36,914 nt of DNA from Minisyncoccia bacterium (GCA_038247045.1 JBBRVK010000003.1:1-36914); one strand, 5' to 3'. Positions 18,741 through 27,732 are shown, numbered from the stretch's first letter. Notes: a model not told the origin generated them from the letters alone. Numbers and translations are program-made.

Positions 18741-19304
18741 TTATTGAGGTAAAATAAACTGTATTTGCTCTGCCAAAAAAGTAAGTGGAACCTCCCCCGT
18801 TGCTTGTGCTTCAGCTGGAAATTGCCAAACATTATCTTTTTTAATTGGAGCTGTCGGGCTTTTTATTGAAAACTTATAACCTGGAAATATCCAAACTGAT
18901 CCATATTTAGATGAAGTATTCACACATTCGCCAGAAGGAACAGCTCCTTCTTTTAAGATTGAACAAACTACAGGCTTGTCTATAGATGTTATTTTTATAC
19001 CATTCTTAAAAGTCCATGTTGGGTAACCTTCAATTTTTTTATCTAAACAAATTTGTGTTTGAGTATTATCAGGATTAGAACATTCAATATAAGGAATATA
19101 TTTTTTTGAGGTACCAAATTCTGCTTTTTGGACCTGACAATGAGGACACCAAAAAGCTCCATAGAATTGAGCACCTTCTGCTGTTAAGGCCTTAGCAAAA
19201 CCATCATATTTACTGGGTCCAAAGCTAGACCTATTCAAGTAAATACCTAACCCACCAACCAGTATAACAACAAAAATAATGAATAATATAAATTTAGTTT
19301 TCAT
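18741..19304 (-). CDS. membrane-anchored thioredoxin-like oxidoreductase (type seen fused to bacterial VKOR)
   Basis: N-terminal TM, FYGAFWCPHCQVQKAEFG, YIECS, IEGYPTW. Confidence 0.85.
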   Translation of the reverse strand: MKTKFILFIIFVVILVGGLGIYLNRSSFGPSKYDGFAKALTAEGAQFYGAFWCPHCQVQKAEFGTSKKYIPYIECSNPDNTQTQICLDKKIEGYPTWTFKNGIKITSIDKPVVCSILKEGAVPSGECVNTSSKYGSVWIFPGYKFSIKSPTAPIKKDNVWQFPAEAQATGEVPLTFLAEQIQFILPQ

Positions 19305-19316
19305 AAATATATTATA

Positions 19317-21635
19317 TCAGATAGACAGCCCAAGCCATAGCCAGACAAAATAGTGCTTAATCCCCTGCCAAATATATTCAAATGCTTTATTTATTATATT
19401 TTTCTTTTTTATTACAATAACTTCTTCTATTTTTTCTTTTTGAATTAAATTACTACTATCAATTTCTGGCTTCTCTAAAATAATTTTATTTGTAACTATT
19501 TTTGATTTTATCTTTTCATATTTAATAAAAATATTTTCCTTTATTTCTGGAAGTATAATGACTTCTTTTTCGTTCTCTTTAATTAATTTTAAAGGCTCTT
19601 TATTTTCTAATATTGCTACTTCTGTTTTCACGTTTTGTATAGGAATGTTATTTTCTAATGGTTTAGAAAAATCTTTTAAAATATCACTCCACGATAAATG
19701 AAGTACGGCTGGGATAGCATAAGATGTTGCCCAAACACGAGTATCCTCGTCTGCATCTTTTTCTAAACCACCATCTACATTTTGTCTATCTACTAAATAT
19801 TTTTCAGCTTTTGTTTTATCAAAATTAATGTCTGCAATTTGTAAAACCCAAGAAGTCGAAAAAGAATTTCCAAACCCTCCATCTACTACTGACTGTTGCA
19901 ACATTAAATAATTTTTAGCCTTAGAAATAGCTTCTGACACTCCAGAAATACCACTAAATCCTTTTAATGCTTCAACGCCAGCTGCGGTCATATCAATACT
20001 TCCCCATGAACCATTAATTGTTTGTTTCCCGATTAAATGATTTACATCTTTTATAATTATTTCATCTGCTTCATTATATCCAGCATTAAAAAGAACAATT
20101 AGAGCAAAGATGTCATCATTATCTAATGTTTTATCTCCAAATTGTTGACCATCAAAATTATCAGTAATTTTTTTAATATAATCTATTTTTGTTCCATTAT
20201 AAGGATTTATACCCAATGACATCAAAGACATCGCTCGTCTTTCTATATCAGTAAGGACAGAAGAATCAATATCATTTAATTTTAAATAATTTAAAATATT
20301 AGATTTTAAAAGTGAATTATTACCTGTTGCAATAGCAATAGCCGCCCAATCTGTATACATAGGAGAACCAAATGATCCATTGTTTTGGTGAGCAGACAAA
20401 AAATCTAGAGCATTATCAACAGAAAAAGTTTTTATTATAGGAGTAGAACCAGAACCTCCTCCACTTGAATTTTTTTCTGTGACTTCTATTGTAAAACTAG
20501 CCGATGGAACATATAAAGATTTACTTCCAACTGCATTTAATGAACCAGCTGAATTTAAAACCATAGAACATGTTCCGTCGATAACAGTTTTACAAAATTG
20601 AGTCCCTAGTGTCACAGTTACTTCTGATAATGGACTCCAAATCATATTATAATTGGTATCAAAATTACTTTCTTCTTCTGCTGTAAAACTTATAGTTTCT
20701 CCTACTACCCCTGAAGTCTTTGAAGCAGAAATACGAAGTGGATGAGAATTATATGTTAATAAAAGCTCTTCTCCATTTGATAAATGATGATTATTAAGAG
20801 CAACAGTTCCATAATTTAAATTACTAAACCATCCCCAATAAAAATAATTCACGTTATCACTTGAACTACCTCCCAATTCATCTAGAGTCCCAAGTGTTTT
20901 AGGAAAAGAACTATCTTTCTTAAAAGATGAATCATACCAACTCCAAGTATTTGATAATTTAGATTGCTCAACTGCGCATCTTCCATTAAATGTAATTGGT
21001 GAATTATCTGCAATTGATTCGGCGCAAGGTAAAACTGTTTCAGGTCCATCAAATAAGACAATATCACCAGAATAAACTTTTAAATTTATTGTTGGATTTA
21101 CATTAATATTATAAGTTGCTTTTTTTCCACTAATACTAACAGTTAAAACCTGATTATAAATAGCTACAGAACTATTAAAACCAGTTATATTTTCAGTGTT
21201 AACTGTTTCATTTTTTATACTGTTGTCACTATAGGTTCCTTTTATTGATAAACCGGAGATATCTAATACTTCCCCCACTTTATAATTTATTTTATTTGCA
21301 GGCGCATCTATTAAAATACTTGAAAGAATGATAAGGGCTCTTACTTCAATAACATATTGAATTGTATTTTCTCCAGATGAAACATTTAAGGTTTGTTGAG
21401 AAATTGGATTAGAACTATCAAAACCAGTTATATTTGTTGTTGTGATTGGAACTTCTATACCGTCTTTATTTATTACTATTAACCCAGATATATCTAAAGG
21501 TTCATTAGTCGAATAGATCAACTTACTTGCTGGAATTTTAATTATAAGACCTTCAGCAAAAACATTATTAAAACTAAATAAAACATATCCTATTATAATA
21601 AAACTGATAAATTTTTTAATTAAATTTTTTTTCAT
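19317..21635 (-). CDS. surface protein: signal peptide, two Ig-like repeats, DUF4430-like domain, prenyltransferase/squalene-oxidase-repeat alpha/alpha barrel; putative cobalamin-binding protein
   Basis: Two PxxKxxYxxxExLDISGL...ITGF(D/N)SS repeats; LDELGG...YWGWFSN...LSNGEELLLTY; repeated QxxxGSFG/GSWG/DGGFG motifs; hydrophobic C-terminal tail. Confidence 0.75.
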   Translation of the reverse strand: MKKNLIKKFISFIIIGYVLFSFNNVFAEGLIIKIPASKLIYSTNEPLDISGLIVINKDGIEVPITTTNITGFDSSNPISQQTLNVSSGENTIQYVIEVRALIILSSILIDAPANKINYKVGEVLDISGLSIKGTYSDNSIKNETVNTENITGFNSSVAIYNQVLTVSISGKKATYNINVNPTINLKVYSGDIVLFDGPETVLPCAESIADNSPITFNGRCAVEQSKLSNTWSWYDSSFKKDSSFPKTLGTLDELGGSSSDNVNYFYWGWFSNLNYGTVALNNHHLSNGEELLLTYNSHPLRISASKTSGVVGETISFTAEEESNFDTNYNMIWSPLSEVTVTLGTQFCKTVIDGTCSMVLNSAGSLNAVGSKSLYVPSASFTIEVTEKNSSGGGSGSTPIIKTFSVDNALDFLSAHQNNGSFGSPMYTDWAAIAIATGNNSLLKSNILNYLKLNDIDSSVLTDIERRAMSLMSLGINPYNGTKIDYIKKITDNFDGQQFGDKTLDNDDIFALIVLFNAGYNEADEIIIKDVNHLIGKQTINGSWGSIDMTAAGVEALKGFSGISGVSEAISKAKNYLMLQQSVVDGGFGNSFSTSWVLQIADINFDKTKAEKYLVDRQNVDGGLEKDADEDTRVWATSYAIPAVLHLSWSDILKDFSKPLENNIPIQNVKTEVAILENKEPLKLIKENEKEVIILPEIKENIFIKYEKIKSKIVTNKIILEKPEIDSSNLIQKEKIEEVIVIKKKNIINKAFEYIWQGIKHYFVWLWLGLSI

Positions 21636-21641
21636 ATAATT

Positions 21642-22151
21642 TTATATTCCTTCCTGATTCCATCTAATAATATCGCCTTCTTTTAAAATATACTTTGATA
21701 CCCCCACTTGTGCTTTTTTATCATTTACATAATAAATCCAATACTTACCAGAAGAGCCGGCATTTCCATTTATTTCTTTTATAAAAATTCCTAAGCCAGA
21801 ATTCTCTGTATACTTAAAACTAAATTGGTTATCTTTTAAATTTTCTTTTTCAATTTGCTGCATCGCATCAAAAACAGACGAACCTTCTTTCAACTCTGTT
21901 CCATAGCTTTTATCTTTCACAACTAAAGATATTTTTATATTTTGATAAGTTTCTGGTGATTTTAAATCTTTAATCTTTATCGTATTGGGAGAAGGAATTT
22001 GTTCTTTAATTTTCTCCTCATCCAAAATATAGTTTTGTTCTCTTGGAACAGTTAGAGATATTTCTTTTTCGCGACGAAAATACAAAACACCTAAAAATAT
22101 TAAAATAATTAATCCAGCCCCGATATATCTATATTGTTTTTTATTAATCAT
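21642..22151 (-). CDS. membrane-anchored DUF4430 (transcobalamin C-terminal-like) protein
   Basis: N-terminal TM; GSSVFDAM, GIFIKEING, YWIYYVNDKKAQVGVSKYILKEGDIIRW; start ATG 22151 (the longer ORF call runs into the riboswitch). Confidence 0.87.
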   Translation of the reverse strand: MINKKQYRYIGAGLIILIFLGVLYFRREKEISLTVPREQNYILDEEKIKEQIPSPNTIKIKDLKSPETYQNIKISLVVKDKSYGTELKEGSSVFDAMQQIEKENLKDNQFSFKYTENSGLGIFIKEINGNAGSSGKYWIYYVNDKKAQVGVSKYILKEGDIIRWNQEGI

Positions 22152-22168
22152 ATATTTACTATTAAATA

Positions 22169-22198
22169 ATAAAACCCCCTCCGAGGAGGGGGTTTTAT
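22169..22198 (-). terminator. riboswitch-associated intrinsic terminator
   Basis: Minus strand ataaaaccccctcc-tc-ggagggggttttat followed by a U-rich run, between the aptamer and the DUF4430 ATG. Confidence 0.85.
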
Positions 22199-22217
22199 AT
22201 CTAAAAACTTTAGAGAT

Positions 22218-22343
22218 ATTCTCCTGCTCGGGAAACATCAATGTATTAAGACCGGACTTGTCCCCTTAGGGCATTACCGTTGCGGCACAGTGGAGGAATT
22301 TATCCCGCCTTGGCGGAATGGAACCTCACTTCCAAATACATTA
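22218..22343 (-). ncRNA. cobalamin riboswitch (short, AdoCbl-variant/Cbl-II-like)
   Basis: Minus strand aatgtatt-tGGAAgtgaGGT...AAtTCCtccACtGtgCCGCaACgGTaa-gccctaagggga-cAAGTCcG-gtctt-aatacatt: closing helix aatgtatt/aatacatt, core motifs and B12 box, followed by a P13-like hairpin; lies upstream of DUF4430 genes. Confidence 0.88.
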
Positions 22344-22349
22344 ATTTAA

Positions 22350-22355
22350 ATTGTA
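22350..22355 (-). promoter_or_regulatory. -10 element for the riboswitch transcript
   Basis: TACAAT about 7 nt upstream of the aptamer 5' strand. Confidence 0.5.
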
Positions 22356-22363
22356 AAAAGAAA

Positions 22364-22885
22364 CTAACTAACAAACAAAACTTTTTTATCTAAAACTACT
22401 CTTGCCTCATTTTTTACCATCCATTTTTCAATTACTGGTGAAAGCACTATAGCAAAAGATACATTTCCAAGCAAATGAAGCACTGTGAATGGAATTTGAC
22501 CAGTAATTGAAACTAAAAATGATTGTTCAAAAAATAATGGTCCTATCGTTAGTCCAGTAATACAGTCATAAAAGATAGTAGCGAGCACAGCATACTTAGC
22601 ATAGTTCTTCCAACCAGTACGATTTTTGAAATAATAATGAGACCCTAATCCAAGTATTCCATAAGCCAAAGCTGTTACTAATGTCCAAATACCAAAACCA
22701 GAAGTTATTGAATCAAATAAAACAATACTTAAAAAACCAAAAACAAAAGCCATCACTCCACCATAAATTTTTCCAAGTGGCATAATCGAAGCCATTATAG
22801 GTTCGACATTTGGAGCTCGAAATGGCATGAGTCTAAAGGCCATTACTGAGATAAATGTAATTATGTATTTTGTCCAATTCTTCAT
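22364..22885 (-). CDS. ECF transporter S-component, CbrT/BtuM-like, putative cobalamin transporter
   Basis: 173 aa, about 6 TM helices, RLMPFRAPNVEPIMA, LFD, FYD, PFTVLHLLGN; flanked by nrdJ and a B12 riboswitch. Confidence 0.78.
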   Translation of the reverse strand: MKNWTKYIITFISVMAFRLMPFRAPNVEPIMASIMPLGKIYGGVMAFVFGFLSIVLFDSITSGFGIWTLVTALAYGILGLGSHYYFKNRTGWKNYAKYAVLATIFYDCITGLTIGPLFFEQSFLVSITGQIPFTVLHLLGNVSFAIVLSPVIEKWMVKNEARVVLDKKVLFVS

Positions 22886-22957
22886 ATTGTTATTAGTTTA
22901 AAGCTAAAATAGTTTCAACAAGGCTACTACTTTTTTACTACCTTTTTCTTAATTCTC

Positions 22958-25303
22958 TTAGACTATATCACAAACTCCTGAGACACAAGCAAGCTCTCTC
23001 TTTACTTCTGTTTCATCCTTTATCTCGTATGTCACAATTTTTGAAAAATCAAAATCTGGCATCTTACTAGTAAGCTCTTTGTATGTTTTTTCACTAATAG
23101 CTTCATATGGGGCAAGTTGATAAACATGATTAGATCTTGGAAGAAAAGATAAGCCTCCAACAATATCCCAATTCTGATACAACCAATGAGCAACCTTAAT
23201 CCATTCATTCTCCCCGACAGAAATAGTAACAGAGGGATTATGTTCTGTATAGTTTACCTTAACAACTTTCCAATGTTCTAATTGTTCAATAGCAGTGATA
23301 TCATCTTTACAAATTGCATTCTCTGGGGCTTTCATCGGAAATTCTAAAACAAAAGTATTAGCATTATCTAGAGTCTGACCAACTTCGGGGTGATAAGGAA
23401 CACCCTGATCTTTCATCATTTTAAAGAGTGAATCTGTAGCAGAAATACGAACACGCCTAATATAATAAGGAGCATGACGGGGATGCATACCAGAGGCACA
23501 ATCAACAGTTTGAGAAACTGTCCCAGAAGGTTTTACTGCTGTAATACAAGTAGATTCATTGATTCCAAACCTCTTGGCATATATTTTATTAACACGAATT
23601 GTTTCAAGACGAAGCTTTGACAACATGATTGGGTCACGAGAAAGTTTTGAATCCCACTGTCCTGTAACAGAAACCCCCAACAATCTCTCATCTTCACAAT
23701 TCTCACGCCACTCTTTAGATAAATAACCAAATTTAGTCAAGGTAGCTTGATAAGTTCCAAGAATTGTTGCTACACGAATTTTTCTCATTAGTGATTCTTC
23801 GGTATCTTCGGATCGAGCTACAACCTCTGAAAGATTACAAAACTGTCTTGATCTTAAAATAATTTCACCACATGGATTTGTCCCCATATCCCCGATAAAG
23901 TCAGCTGACTTTTCAATTCTTCGTTTTGGTAATGATTTATATAGTGACCCACGGTTGAAGATTCCTCTTTCACCACTTCCTGACTCCATTAAAGAAATCC
24001 ATTCTTTTAGAAATTCTGTTTCTGTTGGTTTTGTATTATAAACAGCCGAGTTATTTGCTAACATGCGTTGTCCTTCATTTATCCAGAATTGACCATTCTT
24101 AGCATCACGCATATCTTGGTCGTCAAGATCAGATAGTGAAATAAGGGCACTACGACGAACACCACCAGAAACCACACATTCACCTATTTTACAAATAATG
24201 TCATGAGCATCTATATTACGAAGATGACGTCCCTGGCGACGGATAATACGCTCTCTTGTAAATCCAAGTAGGTCTATCAATGGTTTTGGACCAGAACTCT
24301 TCCCTCCCATGATTTTTAGACGAGCTCCAGCGGGCCTGAGAAGAGAAAAATCAAACTCAACATCTTCACCATCAAACCAAATTTTCATACCGTGAACAAA
24401 AGCATCTGCCCAACCCTCTTTTGTATCAGGAACAACAAAAATAGGAAGTTTTTTACCGGTTTGATTTTTTATCTGAGGAAGTGATTGAATGTTTTTACTT
24501 TCAACAGAGAAACCAACACCAGTTCCACACATAGAGATATAAATAATATCTCCAAAGTCTTGAAATTTTGAAGGGGCCACAAAAGAACAATTATAAGCAC
24601 ACACATTTGTTTTATCGGCTGCAGCACCTGCGAACTGTAATAATCTCATTGAGGGCATCGCTTCTTGTTTTAGAATTGACTCTCTCACTTCTTTATATTC
24701 ACTTTCTTTTAAAGAATTACCTAGATTTTTTTTCATAAAATCTACATAACGATCTATAGTCTCAACCCAAGTCTCTCGTCTTCCTTCTTCTTCAATCCAT
24801 TTAGCATAAGTACGGTAATAAACAAATTCTGAAAGTGGATTTCTAAAATATTTTTTACTTTCTTCTGCAAGTTTTTTTACACGGTCAGGAACAACCACAC
24901 TGTGAGATCTTAATCTAGCTCTTTCTTCACGATAAAGAATATAATTTTTAGAAGTCTTTACAAAATCAGCTAGCATTAATTCTTGCTCCACTGAGTCTTG
25001 AACTCCTTCCACTGTTGGGATAAAGTTCTTATATTTCTTGGCTATTTTAACAATTTCCATTAAAACTCGGTTCGCCACCATATCGGCTTCCTTTTGAGAT
25101 CCTTCACCACTTGCAAGCATAGCTTTATTAATAGCACTCGTAACTTTTTCAATATCAAAAGGAACGATGACCCCATCTCTTTTTTGAACGCTTTTAATAA
25201 AACTATTCTTAACTATTTTTTTCTCTATTGCAACTTCAATTTTCGTATCAACGACTTTTTTTATTTCTTTCTTTGCAACAGATACTTTCTTTTTTAAAGG
25301 CAT
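22958..25303 (-). CDS. nrdJ: class II (adenosylcobalamin-dependent) ribonucleotide reductase with N-terminal ATP cone
   Basis: VQKRDG...FDIEKV ATP cone; RTYAKW, MPSMR, YNCSF, GGVRRSALISLS, TNPCGEI, KPSGTVS, C-terminal CVSGVC; no beta subunit gene nearby. Confidence 0.92.
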   Translation of the reverse strand: MPLKKKVSVAKKEIKKVVDTKIEVAIEKKIVKNSFIKSVQKRDGVIVPFDIEKVTSAINKAMLASGEGSQKEADMVANRVLMEIVKIAKKYKNFIPTVEGVQDSVEQELMLADFVKTSKNYILYREERARLRSHSVVVPDRVKKLAEESKKYFRNPLSEFVYYRTYAKWIEEEGRRETWVETIDRYVDFMKKNLGNSLKESEYKEVRESILKQEAMPSMRLLQFAGAAADKTNVCAYNCSFVAPSKFQDFGDIIYISMCGTGVGFSVESKNIQSLPQIKNQTGKKLPIFVVPDTKEGWADAFVHGMKIWFDGEDVEFDFSLLRPAGARLKIMGGKSSGPKPLIDLLGFTRERIIRRQGRHLRNIDAHDIICKIGECVVSGGVRRSALISLSDLDDQDMRDAKNGQFWINEGQRMLANNSAVYNTKPTETEFLKEWISLMESGSGERGIFNRGSLYKSLPKRRIEKSADFIGDMGTNPCGEIILRSRQFCNLSEVVARSEDTEESLMRKIRVATILGTYQATLTKFGYLSKEWRENCEDERLLGVSVTGQWDSKLSRDPIMLSKLRLETIRVNKIYAKRFGINESTCITAVKPSGTVSQTVDCASGMHPRHAPYYIRRVRISATDSLFKMMKDQGVPYHPEVGQTLDNANTFVLEFPMKAPENAICKDDITAIEQLEHWKVVKVNYTEHNPSVTISVGENEWIKVAHWLYQNWDIVGGLSFLPRSNHVYQLAPYEAISEKTYKELTSKMPDFDFSKIVTYEIKDETEVKRELACVSGVCDIV

Positions 25304-25532
25304 AATTTTTTAAAATTAGTTGATAATTTGCCAAATTTCTTTTTGGGTTTATATTATACCCCTGTAACGGGAGGAATAAAAGAAAATTTCAACAAAATCA
25401 ACACTATGTAAAAATGTCAGTGATTCGTCAATATCTCCCTCTCAAAAACGTTCTAGGGTAACGTATTCTGACAATAAATCCTTCAAATATATTAGGTACA
25501 AAAAAATTATAATTTTTAGACAATTTATGATG

Positions 25533-26765
25533 CTAAATGTGAATTGGTCGATAGAATTTACTAAAAACAAAGGCCCCTATTAAAATAAAAATAGTAGCAA
25601 AGATTATAGGAGTCGTTGGTTTTAAAATAACAGCAATAAAACCAGATAATAAGGCAGGAATTGCCTGAGCAAGAGCGGAGACAGAAGCATTAATCCCTAA
25701 TATTTCCCCTCTCTTGTCTGGTGGTGAAACATGAGATAATAAACTGCCTAAATTTGCCATAGCAAGTCCATTAAAGAGCCCCATAAATGGAGGGACGAGT
25801 AGTAGTTGCCAAGCATGATTAGGAAGGAAATAAGCAAGAATAGCCAAACCTGCTCCAAATAAAGAAAATTCAATGACTTTAATTTCTTTGAATCTTTTAG
25901 CAACAATTCTCGTCATAATGGCCTGAGTGAACACCCCCCAGAGACCAATGTAAGCAAAAAGTTCACCTATATTCCCCTGTGAAAAATTAAATTTATTTAT
26001 TAAATAAACCGAGAAAAAAGTTGTGAAAAAAGTAAAACCACCACTATAAAGAAAGTTTGTAAAGAATATTATATTTATGCCTTTCATTCGATAAGCAATT
26101 CCAATGTTATTCAATGATTTACTCCAAGTAATTTTTTCTTCTGATAAATTTTTATTTGTTTCTTTAAGAAACAAGACAATTGAAAAAACATTAAGAATTG
26201 CTAAAATACCAGCAAAAATAAAAGGAGTTGAGGCTGAGAACCAAGACAAAACTGCAGGGTCAGAAAGTTTACCTCCGATATATGGTCCAAAGATAAAACC
26301 TAATCCAAAAGCGGCACCTATCATTCCAAAATTTTTAGCTCTAGTCTCCTTTGTGCTAACATCCCCAATCATTGCTTGAGCTACTGAGATATTACCTCCA
26401 GTTAAACCATCAAAAAATCTTGAAATAAAAAGTAAGGGAATATTTTTAGTTATAATCCCTAGTGCAAAAATAAAATATGATAAAGAAGTACCAATAATAG
26501 ATAATATTAATATTTTTTTTCTACCATATTTATCAGATAATTGTCCTAAAATTGGCGTTGAAAAAAATTGTCCAATTGGATAAACAGCGATCAAAAAACC
26601 TAGCATTAAATACCCTGTTTTAATATCAAAATTAGCTGGTAATACATAAAATTCTGATAAAGGGCTAGCAAAAAGAAGTGGTATCACAGGAATTAAAATA
26701 CCAAAACCAAGCATATCAATGAAGATTGTGAAGAATATAATTGAAATTGTCTTATTCTTAAACAT
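25533..26765 (-). CDS. MFS transporter, TetA/DHA1-like
   Basis: IDMLGFGILIPVIP, GQLSDKYGRK, SRFFDGLTGG, GAAFGLGFIFGPYIGG. Confidence 0.92.
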   Translation of the reverse strand: MFKNKTISIIFFTIFIDMLGFGILIPVIPLLFASPLSEFYVLPANFDIKTGYLMLGFLIAVYPIGQFFSTPILGQLSDKYGRKKILILSIIGTSLSYFIFALGIITKNIPLLFISRFFDGLTGGNISVAQAMIGDVSTKETRAKNFGMIGAAFGLGFIFGPYIGGKLSDPAVLSWFSASTPFIFAGILAILNVFSIVLFLKETNKNLSEEKITWSKSLNNIGIAYRMKGINIIFFTNFLYSGGFTFFTTFFSVYLINKFNFSQGNIGELFAYIGLWGVFTQAIMTRIVAKRFKEIKVIEFSLFGAGLAILAYFLPNHAWQLLLVPPFMGLFNGLAMANLGSLLSHVSPPDKRGEILGINASVSALAQAIPALLSGFIAVILKPTTPIIFATIFILIGAFVFSKFYRPIHI

Positions 26766-26811
26766 ACTATAAATTTACCATAAAATAGATAATTATGTAT
26801 AATACAAAAAT

Positions 26812-27732
26812 ATGACCATAGGAACAATAATTATCACTGTTTTAGGTTTGTGTCTTTTTGAGATTATAAGTAGTATTGATAATGCCGTTATCAATGCTGA
26901 AATATTAGGAACGATGGGTAAAAAAGCCCAAAAATGGTTCCTATTTTGGGGTTTCTTATTTGCTGTTTTTATCGTCCGAGGATTATTACCTTGGGTAATA
27001 ATCTGGGCAACAGTACCCTCTCTTGGACCAATAGGATCTTTTACTGCCGCTTTCTCAAACGACCCAAGTATTCATACTGCTGTTGAAAAATCTGCACCAA
27101 TTTTACTTCTAGGAGGGGGAACTTTCCTAATTTTTCTATTTTTCCATTGGTTATTTTTAGAAACAAAGAATTTTGGGCTACCTGGTGAAAAATTCTTCCA
27201 AAAACATGGAGTCTGGTTCTTCGCAGTTGTTTCAGTAATTTTATCTGTCACTGTTTGGTATGCCCTAAAAATAAATCCAATGCTTGCCTTCGCAGCAGTA
27301 ATAGGATCAACTGCTTTCTTTATTACTCATGGTTTTAAAGAAAATGCTGAAAAAGCAGAGAGGGCTTTAATCTCTGGTGAAAATAAAATGAGTGATATTA
27401 GTAAAATTCTTTATTTAGAAATAATTGATTCAACTTTCTCAATTGATGGAGTATTAGGAGCTTTTGCTTTTACACTATCGGTACCATTAATTTTAATTGG
27501 TAATGGACTTGGAGCCTTTATTCTTCGAAAACTTACAGTCAGTAATATTGATACAATTAAAAAATATGCTTATTTAAAAAACGGAGCTATGTATTCTGTC
27601 TTTGTCCTTGGAATTATTATGTTCCTAGACGCTTTCGGAATTGAAATCCCTGCCTATATTTCTCCGTTGGTCACAATTATAATTATTGGATTTTTCTTTC
27701 TCAAGTCAAAAAAATTATTAACTGAAATATAA
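26812..27732 (+). CDS. DUF475 / TerC-related integral membrane protein
   Basis: EIISSIDNAVINA, YLEIIDSTFSIDGVLGAFA, YLKNGAMYS. Confidence 0.85.
   Translation: MTIGTIIITVLGLCLFEIISSIDNAVINAEILGTMGKKAQKWFLFWGFLFAVFIVRGLLPWVIIWATVPSLGPIGSFTAAFSNDPSIHTAVEKSAPILLLGGGTFLIFLFFHWLFLETKNFGLPGEKFFQKHGVWFFAVVSVILSVTVWYALKINPMLAFAAVIGSTAFFITHGFKENAEKAERALISGENKMSDISKILYLEIIDSTFSIDGVLGAFAFTLSVPLILIGNGLGAFILRKLTVSNIDTIKKYAYLKNGAMYSVFVLGIIMFLDAFGIEIPAYISPLVTIIIIGFFFLKSKKLLTEI

Noticed and set aside
19650-20420. Squalene-hopene cyclase or prenyltransferase enzyme call for the barrel domain
   Set aside because: The protein is secreted, has a single barrel, lacks a clear DxDD cyclase context and lies in a B12 locus.
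25304-25530. NrdR boxes or a second B12 riboswitch upstream of nrdJ
   Set aside because: No tandem NrdR consensus and no cobalamin core motifs found by eye.
25533-26765. Tetracycline resistance gene tetA
   Set aside because: Family motifs only; no tetR or mobile context, so substrate cannot be assigned.
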